A stretch of 64,000 bases of DNA, from positions 25,614-89,613 of IMG/VR virus record IMGVR_UViG_3300025875_000006; one strand, 5' to 3'. The notes beneath the pieces were generated by a model, which had not been told where the DNA came from, ran no database searches, and was given only the letters and a program-made list of their open reading frames with translations. Origin of the DNA: a virus (lineage: Duplodnaviria > Caudoviricetes). Shown here in pieces: positions 19,319 to 28,262 of this stretch. Both the position numbers and the translations under genes were made by a program. The number at the start of each line of letters is the position of its first letter. Position 1 is the first letter of the stretch.

Positions 19319-19887
19319 TGGCCGTGCGCGAGCTGAAGCCGGACGAGGAGTGCCGTGCGCAGTACGGCACCGGTGGCACGGGGCTGGACAGCATCGCCAC
19401 CTGCCTGCGGCGCAAGGATCACCCTCCGGTGAGCGTGGACGGCATCGGGCACGCACCCCATGCGGTGGTGGCCGACCTGTACCCGGAGACGGTGGCCAGG
19501 GCGGTTGACACCGGGAGCGGCGGCGGGCGACTGGTCAGCAGCCGGAAGGGCCCGCTGTCCGAGGCCGAGAGCGCTGCGGTGCGGGAGCGCCAGGCCGAGG
19601 CCCGTGAGGTCGGCGAGCTGTGGGAGGGCTGGGAGGTGCAGGAGGTCGCCGTGGTGGTCTTCGTCCGGGCCCGGGGTGCGGATGCGGCCGACGCACGGGA
19701 CCGGGCCGTGCAGGCCGTCAGCCGGGCTGTGCGGGGCGAGCGGCACGACCAGACCCTCCCGGTGACCCACCGGGGCCTGGAGGTGCCTGGAGCGCGGATC
19801 GTGGCGGCCGACGTCGCCGAGCTGGGCACGGCCGGAGCCAGCGGCAAGCTGGCGGTCACGGTGACCCGGCGGGCGTTCAAGCGGTGA
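19318..19887 (+). CDS. hypothetical protein
   Basis: TGATG coupling; typical codon usage. Confidence 0.65.
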   Translation: MAVRELKPDEECRAQYGTGGTGLDSIATCLRRKDHPPVSVDGIGHAPHAVVADLYPETVARAVDTGSGGGRLVSSRKGPLSEAESAAVRERQAEAREVGELWEGWEVQEVAVVVFVRARGADAADARDRAVQAVSRAVRGERHDQTLPVTHRGLEVPGARIVAADVAELGTAGASGKLAVTVTRRAFKR

Positions 19888-20007
19888 TCGACGCTTTCCA
19901 GCACAGCGGCTAGGCTGCCCGCGAAGTCCAAGTAGCGAGCCCCCAGGACGTTGGCGCGTCTGAGGAGGCTCTGACCCTGCCCGATCCCTACATCGAGGAG
20001 AGCTGCC

Positions 20008-20889
20008 ATGCAGCCTAGTGAAGTGCTGTCCGTGACCCCGAAGATGGCGCACGAGTGGCTGGACAGTCTGAGTTCCCACCAGCGTTCGGTGAGCCCGAAC
20101 TACGTCACACAGCTGGCACGCAAGATGCGCAATGGCCAGTGGCGGTTGACAGCCGAACCGATCACTTTCGACACCGACGGCAAGCTGATCGAGGGGCAGC
20201 ACCGGCTCCGTGCAGTGATCGAGAGCGGCGTCGCCGTGGAGTTCATGGTGGTGCGCGGTGCACCGGCCGAGTCCTTCGCGGTGATCGACCAGGGCCGTCG
20301 CCGTAACGCGGCGCAGTTCTACGACGGCAAGTACGCCGGTCAGGTCATGGCCGGTGCCCGGTTCTTGCGGCACATCGAGGTTCACCTGCCCTACAACACC
20401 GCTGCCAGTGCCGGATCGTGGAACCAGCTGTCGATGGACGACCAGCTGGAGTACGTCACCACGTGGCCTGAGCTGGCTGAAGCTGCGCCTCTCGTGGAGC
20501 CGCTGTCCCGACGGTCGGCCTTGATCCAGGTCCCCAGCAGGTACGTGCTGCCGGTGGTGGCACAGGCCATGCGGACCGAGCACGCTGACCGCATCGCCGG
20601 GTTCCTGACCGGGATGCACACCGGTCAAGGACTGGACGGGGACAACGACCCCCGGATGCTGCTGCACCGCCGGTTCACATCCATGCTGCGGGCCCAGCTG
20701 ATGTCGTCGCAGGGCGCAGACCTGGCGTACTCGCTGACGGCCAAGGCCTGGAACTTCTACGTCGAGGGCGCTCAGATGAAGCTGCTGAAGATGGTGGTCA
20801 ACGAGCGCCGGACCACTGTGCTGGGCAGCAAGGCAGCCACGGAGTGGCAGTTGGAGCCGGTCATCGTCACGTCCAAGACGACGATCTGA
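20008..20889 (+). CDS. ParB-like/DGQHR-domain protein
   Basis: VTPKMAHEWL..QRSVS...MRNGQW...ITFDTDGKLIEGQHRLRAVI; RBS GAGGAG. Confidence 0.75.
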   Translation: MQPSEVLSVTPKMAHEWLDSLSSHQRSVSPNYVTQLARKMRNGQWRLTAEPITFDTDGKLIEGQHRLRAVIESGVAVEFMVVRGAPAESFAVIDQGRRRNAAQFYDGKYAGQVMAGARFLRHIEVHLPYNTAASAGSWNQLSMDDQLEYVTTWPELAEAAPLVEPLSRRSALIQVPSRYVLPVVAQAMRTEHADRIAGFLTGMHTGQGLDGDNDPRMLLHRRFTSMLRAQLMSSQGADLAYSLTAKAWNFYVEGAQMKLLKMVVNERRTTVLGSKAATEWQLEPVIVTSKTTI

Positions 20890-20894
20890 CACAG

Positions 20895-21122
20895 GTGAAC
20901 GAGCTGATCGAGGTGCTGGACACGCCGATCACCGGGCTGGACCTGGTGATCGTGCTGGGCGTGTGGCTGGCGTACCGCCTGCTGCGGATCGTGGGCGAGC
21001 TGCTGGGCGCGGTGTTGAGCGGCAGGCACAGCGACGACGGTGGAGCCGAGCGGCGGCGCATCGAGGCGCAGGACGCCGCGCTGCGGGAGCAGGCGGCACG
21101 GGACCGGCAGGCTGAGCAGTGA
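20895..21122 (+). CDS. small membrane protein
   Basis: One TM segment (LDLVIVLGVWLAYRLL). Confidence 0.6.
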   Translation: MNELIEVLDTPITGLDLVIVLGVWLAYRLLRIVGELLGAVLSGRHSDDGGAERRRIEAQDAALREQAARDRQAEQ

Positions 21123-21622
21123 GCGACCTGGACCGAGACGAGGAGATGAGCGCGATGAGCGAGCAAGCCCCTGAGCAGGCCACGGGGCCGGAGAACCGCT
21201 GCCCGGCCACCAGCAGCGGCGACGACGCGGTGCCGACGTTCCGGCTGCCGCTGAGCGACGACCCGATGGCCACGCTGGACCGCCGCGTGCTGGACGCCTG
21301 GGCCGAAGCCGAGGAGCTGGGCCGGGACGTGGGTGACCAGCACGCCGAGCAGGTGGTGCGCGCCCGGATGTACGCGATGGGCCTGAGCATCGCCGCTGCC
21401 GCCGTCGGCCGCCCTGAGAGCGTCTGGGCCAGCCCTGAACGGCGTGAGGCTGTCCGGGCCTGGGCCAAGGACCGCGCGACGCTCAGGGACAGGCTGACGG
21501 GGCTGGCGGCCGACCTGGACGCTGACGCTGCCAGCGGGATGTACGCCGGAGGTGGCTACGCCCGAGAGGTGCTGACCGACGTGGCCCGCCGGATGCGGGC
21601 GCTGCTGGAGGTGCCGCAGTGA
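21119..21622 (+). CDS. hypothetical protein
   Basis: GTGA overlaps at both ends. Confidence 0.65.
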   Translation: MSDLDRDEEMSAMSEQAPEQATGPENRCPATSSGDDAVPTFRLPLSDDPMATLDRRVLDAWAEAEELGRDVGDQHAEQVVRARMYAMGLSIAAAAVGRPESVWASPERREAVRAWAKDRATLRDRLTGLAADLDADAASGMYAGGGYAREVLTDVARRMRALLEVPQ

Positions 21623-22299
21623 CCGACCCGCAGCCCGGAGACGAGGAGGTCTGCCAGACGTTGGGGTGTGGTCACCGGCGTGACCAGCACCGCGAGTTCC
21701 CTGGCCTCGGTCTCGGATGCGCCGTCACCGCGCCGGGTGACTACTGGGCGGACACCTGCAACGAGTTCCGCCCCGCCGCGCCGTCCGAGCCCCCGGCCGT
21801 GTGCACCGACCCGTGGTGTCCGCCGATCCCGGGGGTGGCCAAGCACCTGCATCACAGCGGCCCGCCACCGGTCCCGGGGCCTCCCGAGCAGCCCGACGGC
21901 ATGAAGCGCAAGGCGGCCACCTGCCCGCACTGCGCCGAGACCGGACCCTGCCACCCCGGATGCGCGGCCGTGGGACAGGACGACGACACGGACTGGCTCT
22001 ACAACGAGGCCAGCGGGATCTTGTATGCACCTTGGCCTAGCAAGCCCGGGATGCGTATGGCTATCGCTACCCAGGTGGACCAGTCGTTTGGGCACGCTAT
22101 CGCCGCCACCATGAACGCCGCCACCCGGCCGTCCGCTGACGCGGAGAAGCTGCGACTCCTGCGTGGGCTGGCTGAGTGGCTGGTTGCGATGGACGACGAC
22201 GACCCCGAGTCCATCGGTCGCCAGGACCGCCGCACGGTCACGTTGACCGCGATCATCGACCGCGCCCTCGCCGCCCTGGACGGTGAGCGGCGTGGGTGA
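21619..22299 (+). CDS. Cys/His-rich hypothetical protein
   Basis: Several C/H clusters; the 3' part has more A/T-ending codons, suggesting a mosaic gene. Confidence 0.6.
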   Translation: MTDPQPGDEEVCQTLGCGHRRDQHREFPGLGLGCAVTAPGDYWADTCNEFRPAAPSEPPAVCTDPWCPPIPGVAKHLHHSGPPPVPGPPEQPDGMKRKAATCPHCAETGPCHPGCAAVGQDDDTDWLYNEASGILYAPWPSKPGMRMAIATQVDQSFGHAIAATMNAATRPSADAEKLRLLRGLAEWLVAMDDDDPESIGRQDRRTVTLTAIIDRALAALDGERRG

Positions 22300-22546
22300 G
22301 CTGATGCGCCTGCACTGGACCCATCCGAACATCGGCGACATCGCGGAGGTCATCTGTCCAGCGCACGAGGCCGAGGTCCGGACCGCGCTCGCAGTGCTCG
22401 GCATGGGCAGCATCAGCAGCGACGGCAGCGTGGCCTTCGACGGTATCGACGGACCCGGTGAGGTCGCCGCCTGTCTGCGCTGCCAGGCACACCCAACCAA
22501 GCTGCCGCGCGAGCTGCTGCGGCAGTGGTTCGGCGGCACCCGGTGA
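22292..22546 (+). CDS. hypothetical protein
   Basis: Coupled ORF with CPAH and CLRC motifs; start uncertain. Confidence 0.55.
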   Translation: MGELMRLHWTHPNIGDIAEVICPAHEAEVRTALAVLGMGSISSDGSVAFDGIDGPGEVAACLRCQAHPTKLPRELLRQWFGGTR

Positions 22547-22851
22547 CCGCCGTGGACCGGCCCGACAACGGGCAGCAGGTGCAGGGCGCAGCCCTCGTGA
22601 ACGTGCACGGCCCGTCGATGTGCGAGGGCCGGCCGTGCGTCATGCACCACCCGTCCGACCACCACATGTTGCAGTGGCCGACGAACTGGCGGGACGACGC
22701 CAGGCTCATGGAGCGGCTGTGCCCGCACGGCATCGGCCACCCCGACCCCGACGACGTGGCCTATCAAGCGACGGTGGGGCGCGAGTGGGTCGCTGTGCAC
22801 GGCTGCGACGGCTGTTGCGCCCTCCGCGCCGCCCTGGACGGCACCCGATGA
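22543..22851 (+). CDS. hypothetical protein (His/Cys-rich)
   Basis: CVMHHPSDHHM...MERLCPHGIGHPDPD...HGCDGCC. Confidence 0.7.
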   Translation: MTAVDRPDNGQQVQGAALVNVHGPSMCEGRPCVMHHPSDHHMLQWPTNWRDDARLMERLCPHGIGHPDPDDVAYQATVGREWVAVHGCDGCCALRAALDGTR

Positions 22852-23369
22852 GCACCCTGGGCGAGGTCGAGCGGGCGCAGCACCGCGTCGCCGTGAAGGC
22901 CGAGGGGGTGACCCACGACGGCGTGCCGGTCGCGCTGCTGGACGTCACCTTCGAGTACGGGGACTGGACGGGCTGGGCGTGGGAGACCGCCGCGCTGCGG
23001 GTGACGTTCGCGGACGGCAAGAAGTCCCGCTGGGAGAAGGGCTACGGCGACGGGAAGTGGGTCGGCGACCAGCACCCGCCGTCGGACCTGATGGCGCTGG
23101 TCAAGCCCCTGAAGCCGACCGACGAGCCAGGTGCGGCCGTGTCAACCGACCAGCCCCCGGCCGAGATCGAGGCAGCGCTGGACCAGGCAGCCGAGCAGCT
23201 GGGCGTGAGCCTGTCCCAGACGCTGACCGAGGCGCTGATCACCGCCACCCGGTCGGCGTACCAGGCCGGGCTGCTGGCGGGCCAGGCCAAGGCGCTGGAC
23301 GGCGTGGTCGCGCCCGCGTCGGGGAAGCCGATGAAGTGGAACGGGACCGTGTGGGAGACCCTGGACTGA
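22848..23369 (+). CDS. hypothetical protein
   Basis: ATGA overlap; typical codon usage. Confidence 0.7.
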   Translation: MSTLGEVERAQHRVAVKAEGVTHDGVPVALLDVTFEYGDWTGWAWETAALRVTFADGKKSRWEKGYGDGKWVGDQHPPSDLMALVKPLKPTDEPGAAVSTDQPPAEIEAALDQAAEQLGVSLSQTLTEALITATRSAYQAGLLAGQAKALDGVVAPASGKPMKWNGTVWETLD

Positions 23370-23614
23370 TGGACGCCGAGGAGCGGGGCATCCGGATGGC
23401 CAGCGCGGCACTGAAGGCCAACGTCACGCTGGCTGCCCTGGGCGTGACCCTGGGCGTGCGCGACGGGGATGTTCCGGGGTGGATGGCGCCGGGCGTGGGG
23501 ATCGCGTTCGTGCTGGCCGTGCTGGCCAGCGCGGTGGTGATCTTCTGCCAGGCAGTCGAGCTGCCGCCCTGCCGGTGCGGCACGGACTTCTGTCGGTGCA
23601 CACGGCATGGCTGA
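23369..23614 (+). CDS. small two-TM membrane protein
   Basis: Two hydrophobic segments and a Cys-rich tail. Confidence 0.6.
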   Translation: MDAEERGIRMASAALKANVTLAALGVTLGVRDGDVPGWMAPGVGIAFVLAVLASAVVIFCQAVELPPCRCGTDFCRCTRHG

Positions 23615-23888
23615 CCGCGAGAAGGGCATCGTGCTGGACGGAGACCGGACGCCGCACTTCCACGACCTCCCCGCCGTGCCCACTGAGGAGGTCCCGCTGA
23701 CCGAGGGGGCCAGGGCTGCCGGGCTCACGCGGGCACGCACCCGGGAGCTGGCCAACGCAGTGGCTGCGTGCTCTGGCTGCGGGCAGTTGTTCGTGTCCCG
23801 GGCGTGGGACGACGGCATCGGGTGGGTGCCGCTGCGCTGGTGGCACCGGAAGGCCAAGCGGAAGCTGGCCGAGCGGATGGGGAGCTGA
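23607..23888 (+). CDS. hypothetical protein
   Basis: Coupled ORF with CSGC. Confidence 0.6.
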   Translation: MADREKGIVLDGDRTPHFHDLPAVPTEEVPLTEGARAAGLTRARTRELANAVAACSGCGQLFVSRAWDDGIGWVPLRWWHRKAKRKLAERMGS

Positions 23889-24070
23889 TGGCCGACCAGC
23901 TGAGCAACAGCGGGCACGACGTCGAGGTGCTGGTGGACTCCGGCATCCCCGGTGCGCCGCCGCTGATCGCCATCGCCATGACCGTCGGGGACGCTGACCT
24001 GGCGCACCAGCAGGCGATGCGCGAGCGGTCGGTGGAGCTGGCCCGGCAGCGCGGGCACCTGCGCTCGTGA
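23888..24070 (+). CDS. small hypothetical protein
   Basis: TGATG coupling. Confidence 0.55.
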   Translation: MADQLSNSGHDVEVLVDSGIPGAPPLIAIAMTVGDADLAHQQAMRERSVELARQRGHLRS

Positions 24071-24276
24071 GCAGCTGCCAGCCGGTCGAGGTCACCTGGG
24101 CCGAGCCCAGCGCGGACGACATCGACGGCGGGTACTCCGGCTGGTGGCTGCTGGCGCTGTGCCGGGGGTGCCAGCACTACCTGCGGGTGCGGGTGCACGT
24201 GACGGTGGCGCTGGACCCCGATGGGGCCGAGGCGATGGAGCGCGAGGTGCTGGAGCACCTGCACCAGGCTGGTTGA
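24067..24276 (+). CDS. small hypothetical protein
   Basis: GTGA overlap; CRGC; stop codon lies inside GGTTGACA. Confidence 0.55.
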   Translation: MSSCQPVEVTWAEPSADDIDGGYSGWWLLALCRGCQHYLRVRVHVTVALDPDGAEAMEREVLEHLHQAG

Positions 24277-24297
24277 CACGCCTGACATAGTGGGACC

Positions 24298-24493
24298 GCT
24301 CCCCGGGCGAGCGAGCGTTCGTACCCAAGCCCGCGCGGCCCGGACGACGACGAACTGTCCCGGGGAGCCCCCAAGCACTGCGCGAGGAGGGGCCGCTCTC
24401 CACGAGCCAGGGTTGCGCAGCTGGCCAGGCCGGGTCGTCCGCCCTGAAGACCTGAGGGGCCGCCACCGCCGGACAGCGGGAGGCGGCCCCTTC
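24298..24493 (+). ncRNA. candidate structured non-coding RNA
   Basis: GTTGACA-N7-CATAGT upstream; 5' GCTCCCCGGG pairs perfectly with CCCGGGGAGC (24359-24368); inner GTTCGT/ACGAAC helix; ends in a GC hairpin; no convincing ORF. Confidence 0.45.
24454..24493 (+). terminator. terminator-like hairpin
   Basis: GAGGGGCCGCC...GGCGGCCCCTTC. Confidence 0.7.
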
Positions 24494-24517
24494 GTCTGTC
24501 CAGGGTCAGCGTGTCCC

Positions 24518-24547
24518 GTTGACATTGTTGACACGCGGGCGCATACT
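24518..24547 (+). promoter_or_regulatory. leaderless promoter with two perfect GTTGACA copies
   Basis: TTGACA-ttGTTGACAcgcgggcg(17)-CATACT-N6-ATG at 24554. Confidence 0.88.
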
Positions 24548-24553
24548 CGCCCC

Positions 24554-24835
24554 ATGACGCAGAACACCACCGACGCCGACCGCGAGATCGCAGCGCGGAT
24601 CGTCGCTGCCTACGACGACCAGAACGCGCAGGAGCAGATGATCATGCAAGCGCTGGCCGACCAGCGCGAGCAGTTGACACGGTCCGCCGTGCCCAGCGCG
24701 CTGGAGCAGCTGGCCCAGGCCGTGCTGGACGGGCGGGTCTACCTGGAGGCCAACGACACCTGGAGCAACGGCGAGCGGTCGGGCACCAGCACGGCCGTCT
24801 ACGTCCAGCCCCTGCCACCGGAGGAGAAGGTCTGA
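24554..24835 (+). CDS. hypothetical protein
   Basis: MTQNTT leaderless start. Confidence 0.75.
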   Translation: MTQNTTDADREIAARIVAAYDDQNAQEQMIMQALADQREQLTRSAVPSALEQLAQAVLDGRVYLEANDTWSNGERSGTSTAVYVQPLPPEEKV

Positions 24836-25110
24836 TGCCCGAGATCACCGAGGACGACCGACGTCGTGCGCGCGTGGCGCTGGGCTTCGGGGCCAGCATC
24901 TCCACCCGCGCGCTGAGCTTCGAGAGCAACAGCCGGATCGAGGGCGTGGCGGAGGTGCTGGCCGAGCTGCGCGCGGAGCTGTCAACCGACCGCACCGAGG
25001 ACATCCGGATGGTGCGCGAGCACGCCTGGAGCGACGGCTACGCCGCCTGCCACCGGGGCGAGCAGCCGCACAACCCCTACCGCGCGCCCCGGCCGGGGGT
25101 GGCGGGCTGA
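24835..25110 (+). CDS. hypothetical protein
   Basis: TGATG coupling; AWSDGY...NPYR pattern. Confidence 0.65.
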   Translation: MPEITEDDRRRARVALGFGASISTRALSFESNSRIEGVAEVLAELRAELSTDRTEDIRMVREHAWSDGYAACHRGEQPHNPYRAPRPGVAG

Positions 25111-25496
25111 TGGCCCACCTGACCGGCGATGACCTGAAGGCCGCTCACGCGCTGCTGGACAGTGAGCTGTTCGACGTGGACCCGCAGCTGGCCGTGGCCA
25201 AGATGCGAGCCGAGCTGCGCGAGGAGCTGCTGGCCGGGCTGGTCAGCGGCCCGGTGACCGAGCAGTACGCCATCGAGCTGCACTACCTGCCCGGCGAGGA
25301 CGGCTGGCGGCTCTGGACCGACGCGGGCTGGCCGCGTCAGCGCGAGGGGCATGAGGGCAACCCGTTCCCCTACGCCGACCGGGCGGAGGCCGAGCGGTCC
25401 TTGGAGTACATCCGGCGCGGCTACGGCAACGGCGGCCGGGACTGGGCACGGCTGGTGCGCCGCACCGTCGGCCCGTGGGAGCAGGTGGAGGGCTGA
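25110..25496 (+). CDS. hypothetical protein
   Basis: TGATG coupling. Confidence 0.65.
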   Translation: MAHLTGDDLKAAHALLDSELFDVDPQLAVAKMRAELREELLAGLVSGPVTEQYAIELHYLPGEDGWRLWTDAGWPRQREGHEGNPFPYADRAEAERSLEYIRRGYGNGGRDWARLVRRTVGPWEQVEG

Positions 25497-25918
25497 TGCG
25501 CGCACCCGAGATGCTGGACCACAAGGCCGACCTGATGGTCCGGCTGGACAACCCGGTGCTGCGCCGGGCCTGGCGCAGCCAGGTGGCCGAGGACGTCGTC
25601 CGGCCGCGCTCCGCCGTGCAGGAGGCCATCCCCGAGACGATGGCGCGCTCGGACCCGGAGATGGCTGAGACGGTCCGCGAGGCCCAGGACCGGGGCATCG
25701 ACACCCTGCTCCAGCCGGTCATGTGGACCGACGGCGGGCCGTTCGCGGTGCACAACATGCCGTGCGCGGTCTGCCGTCAGCGGCACGCCATCATCGACCT
25801 GTCCGAGGGGGCCTTCGGTCCCTGCTGGGAGTGCCGTCGGCTGGGCTGGCGGTTGACACCGCCGCCACGCACGCTGCTCCAGCGGCTGGCCAACAAGCTC
25901 TGGGGGGACCGATGGTGA
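25496..25918 (+). CDS. hypothetical protein with CxxC..CxxC
   Basis: PCAVC...PCWEC. Confidence 0.65.
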   Translation: MRAPEMLDHKADLMVRLDNPVLRRAWRSQVAEDVVRPRSAVQEAIPETMARSDPEMAETVREAQDRGIDTLLQPVMWTDGGPFAVHNMPCAVCRQRHAIIDLSEGAFGPCWECRRLGWRLTPPPRTLLQRLANKLWGDRW

Positions 25919-26508
25919 CCGCCGGACTGCCGCACCCGTCCGTGGCCGGGTGCCCGTTCTGCGAGATCATGGCCGGGCGCGCTCCGGCGACGGTGCTGCG
26001 CGAGTGGAGCTTCGACGGGATCACCGGGCTGGTGCCGCTGCGCCCGGTCGCGCTGGGGCACACGCTGTTCATCCCGAACGGCCACATCCCCAGCGCGCTG
26101 GCCGACCCGGTCATGGCCGGGCGGGTGTTCGAGCGGGCCGCGCGGTTCGCGGCCTGGCAAGGCGCGCACGGCTACAACCTGATCACCAGCGCCGGGGTGG
26201 CCGCCACGCAGACGGTGTTCCACCTGCACGTCCACGTCGTCCCCCGGCGGCCCGAGGACGGCCTGCCGCTGCCCTGGACCGGCCAGCAGCTGCGCGAGCC
26301 CGACCAGACCCTGGCCACCCTGGCCAAGGTGCCGCCGGAGCTGGTGAGCGGCCGGGACGAGGTCCGGATGGTCACCTGCCCGCGTTGCGGGCACCCGGCC
26401 GTGGTGACCCCGGAGAACACCCTGGGCGAGCACCCGCTGCCGCCGGACCTGCCCGAGGACGCCCCGCGCTGGGTCTGCTCCGGCGTCGGCCTGACGGTGC
26501 CGCGCTGA
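25912..26508 (+). CDS. HIT-family nucleotide hydrolase with C-terminal zinc ribbon
   Basis: CPFC, GHTLFIP, QTVFHLHVHVVPR histidine triad. Confidence 0.9.
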   Translation: MVTAGLPHPSVAGCPFCEIMAGRAPATVLREWSFDGITGLVPLRPVALGHTLFIPNGHIPSALADPVMAGRVFERAARFAAWQGAHGYNLITSAGVAATQTVFHLHVHVVPRRPEDGLPLPWTGQQLREPDQTLATLAKVPPELVSGRDEVRMVTCPRCGHPAVVTPENTLGEHPLPPDLPEDAPRWVCSGVGLTVPR

Positions 26509-26669
26509 TGGGCACGGCCACCGTGCCGATGGCCCGCCTGCACGCGCACTGCACGTGTGGGTCCAGCTGGACGGCCGCGCTGCCCGAGGCCCCGGAGGGC
26601 ATGGTCTGGAAGCTCCGCCACGACGACGCCCGGGGCATCTGGCTGGCCTGGCCGGGGCGGCCGTCGTGA
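26508..26669 (+). CDS. small hypothetical protein
   Basis: TGATG coupling; HCTCG. Confidence 0.5.
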   Translation: MGTATVPMARLHAHCTCGSSWTAALPEAPEGMVWKLRHDDARGIWLAWPGRPS

Positions 26670-26959
26670 AGCGGGACCGGAGCCACCTGCGCGTGGTGCC
26701 AGACCTCCCCCCTGATGAGGACGTCGCACCGGACCCGGTTGTCCGGTCCGAGCCCGCAGAAGACCCGGGCTGGTGGGAGTGCCCGACCTGCCACAACCGG
26801 ATCGACCGGGCCGGGGACCGGTGCACGCGGCGCTGGTGCCTGGGCGCGAACGCCTACAGCAGCTACCGCGAGCACTCCCCCGCCGAGATGGAGATCAAGC
26901 ACGCCAAGCCCGGCCGGTTCCCGACGCCCCCGCCGCCGTGGGGGCCCGCATCTGGTTGA
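26666..26959 (+). CDS. hypothetical zinc-ribbon protein
   Basis: WECPTCH...CTRRWC. Confidence 0.55.
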   Translation: MKRDRSHLRVVPDLPPDEDVAPDPVVRSEPAEDPGWWECPTCHNRIDRAGDRCTRRWCLGANAYSSYREHSPAEMEIKHAKPGRFPTPPPPWGPASG

Positions 26960-26980
26960 CCCGGTTGACACACTCGTGCC

Positions 26981-27478
26981 ATGCCACAGTCCCGGGGGGC
27001 CAAGCCGCGCACGGTGATCGACCTGCGGGGAGGGCCGCGAGCGGCCATCCCGACGGTGCACGCCGGGGTGCTGATGCGGTCGAGGCTGGAGGCCCGCTGG
27101 GCCGGGGTGCTGGACCGGGAGCGGATCGGCTGGGCCTACGAGCCGAAGACGCTCCGGCTGGGCAGCACCCGGTACATCCCGGACTTCTGGCTGCCGGGCC
27201 AGCGCACCTGGCTGGAGGTCAAGGGCCCGCACTGGGAGCGGTTCGAGAAGACGCAGGCGCTGGCACGCGCCGGAGGCCAGGTGCTGGTGGCCACCGCCAG
27301 CGGCGTGTGCTGGCGCGTGCCGCGCTCGGGCAAGCCCAGCCAGGTCGAGGTCCAGGTGGGCCGCTGCGGGACCTGTGGGACGACGGCACTGGGGGTGCCG
27401 AGCAGGGGGACACTGGCGTGCAGGGCGCCGGGGTGCGGAGCGCGGGGCGTGCGGCCGGAGGCGGTGCTGGGATGGTGA
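26981..27478 (+). CDS. PD-(D/E)XK nuclease-like protein
   Basis: RSRLEARWA...YEP...YIPDFWLP...WLEVKG. Confidence 0.8.
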   Translation: MPQSRGAKPRTVIDLRGGPRAAIPTVHAGVLMRSRLEARWAGVLDRERIGWAYEPKTLRLGSTRYIPDFWLPGQRTWLEVKGPHWERFEKTQALARAGGQVLVATASGVCWRVPRSGKPSQVEVQVGRCGTCGTTALGVPSRGTLACRAPGCGARGVRPEAVLGW

Positions 27479-27861
27479 GCGGGATGGGTGCGGCCGACGA
27501 CAACACGGTCTGGATGGACCTGGACGTGCTGGCGGCCAGCTACGAGCGGGTCAACGGTGTGCGGCCGAACCAGCTCACCCTGGGCCGGGTGGTGGCCGAG
27601 GAGCTGGAGCCTGAGGAGAGCCGCCGAGCACGGCCGGACTGGCCTGCCCACCCGCCGCACCAGCACTGGGAGAGTCCGGTGTCGGGCATCTGGCGCGTCC
27701 GGGTCGGACCGGTGCCGGGGGGCTGGTGGCACCGGTTCAAGGTCCACCGCGCGTGCCGGAAGTCCGGCGGCCACTACTGGCACCCGGCCGACGCCATGAT
27801 CGAGTGGTTCTGCTGCAACTGCGGGGCTGACCGAGACGGGATGCCGAGGGACGGCCGGTGA
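27472..27861 (+). CDS. hypothetical protein
   Basis: Coupled ORF; GHYW...CCNC. Confidence 0.55.
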   Translation: MVSGMGAADDNTVWMDLDVLAASYERVNGVRPNQLTLGRVVAEELEPEESRRARPDWPAHPPHQHWESPVSGIWRVRVGPVPGGWWHRFKVHRACRKSGGHYWHPADAMIEWFCCNCGADRDGMPRDGR

Positions 27862-28262
27862 ACCTGACGCAGCCCTGCAAGCCGTGGCAGGGCGCGACGA
27901 ACAAGCAGGGCTACGGCCGGGTCTACGTCCCGGGCCAAGGTACGCAGCTGGTGCACCGGGTGGCCTGGGCGGAGGAGCATGGTCCGATACCGGCGGGCGT
28001 CGTCATCCGGCACCGGTGTGACAACCCGCCCTGCACGCAGCTGGAGCACCTGACCGATGGCACGCAGGCGGACAACGTCCAGGACGCCGTGGAGCGTGCA
28101 CGGATGACTGGACCACGTACTGGCGAGCAGTGCGGTCGGGGGCACACCTACACCGCCCAGGACTGGCAGACCAGCCGTCGAGGTAGCCGGGTCCGAGACT
28201 GCAAGAAGTGCCGGGCGACGACCAGGAAGCTCCGACGAGCAGCGAAGGTGGAAGCAGCGTGA
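27858..28262 (+). CDS. HNH endonuclease
   Basis: GYG...VHRVAW...IRHRCDNPPCTQLEHLTDGTQADN. Confidence 0.9.
   Translation: MNLTQPCKPWQGATNKQGYGRVYVPGQGTQLVHRVAWAEEHGPIPAGVVIRHRCDNPPCTQLEHLTDGTQADNVQDAVERARMTGPRTGEQCGRGHTYTAQDWQTSRRGSRVRDCKKCRATTRKLRRAAKVEAA

Noticed and set aside
24298-24373. tRNA (7-bp GCTCCCC/GGGGAGC stem, tRNA-like length)
   Set aside because: No D, anticodon or T arms in canonical positions and no correctly placed NCCA.
24440-24500. Hammerhead ribozyme (CTGAAGA core at about 24444)
   Set aside because: No GAAA core segment or compatible stems follow.
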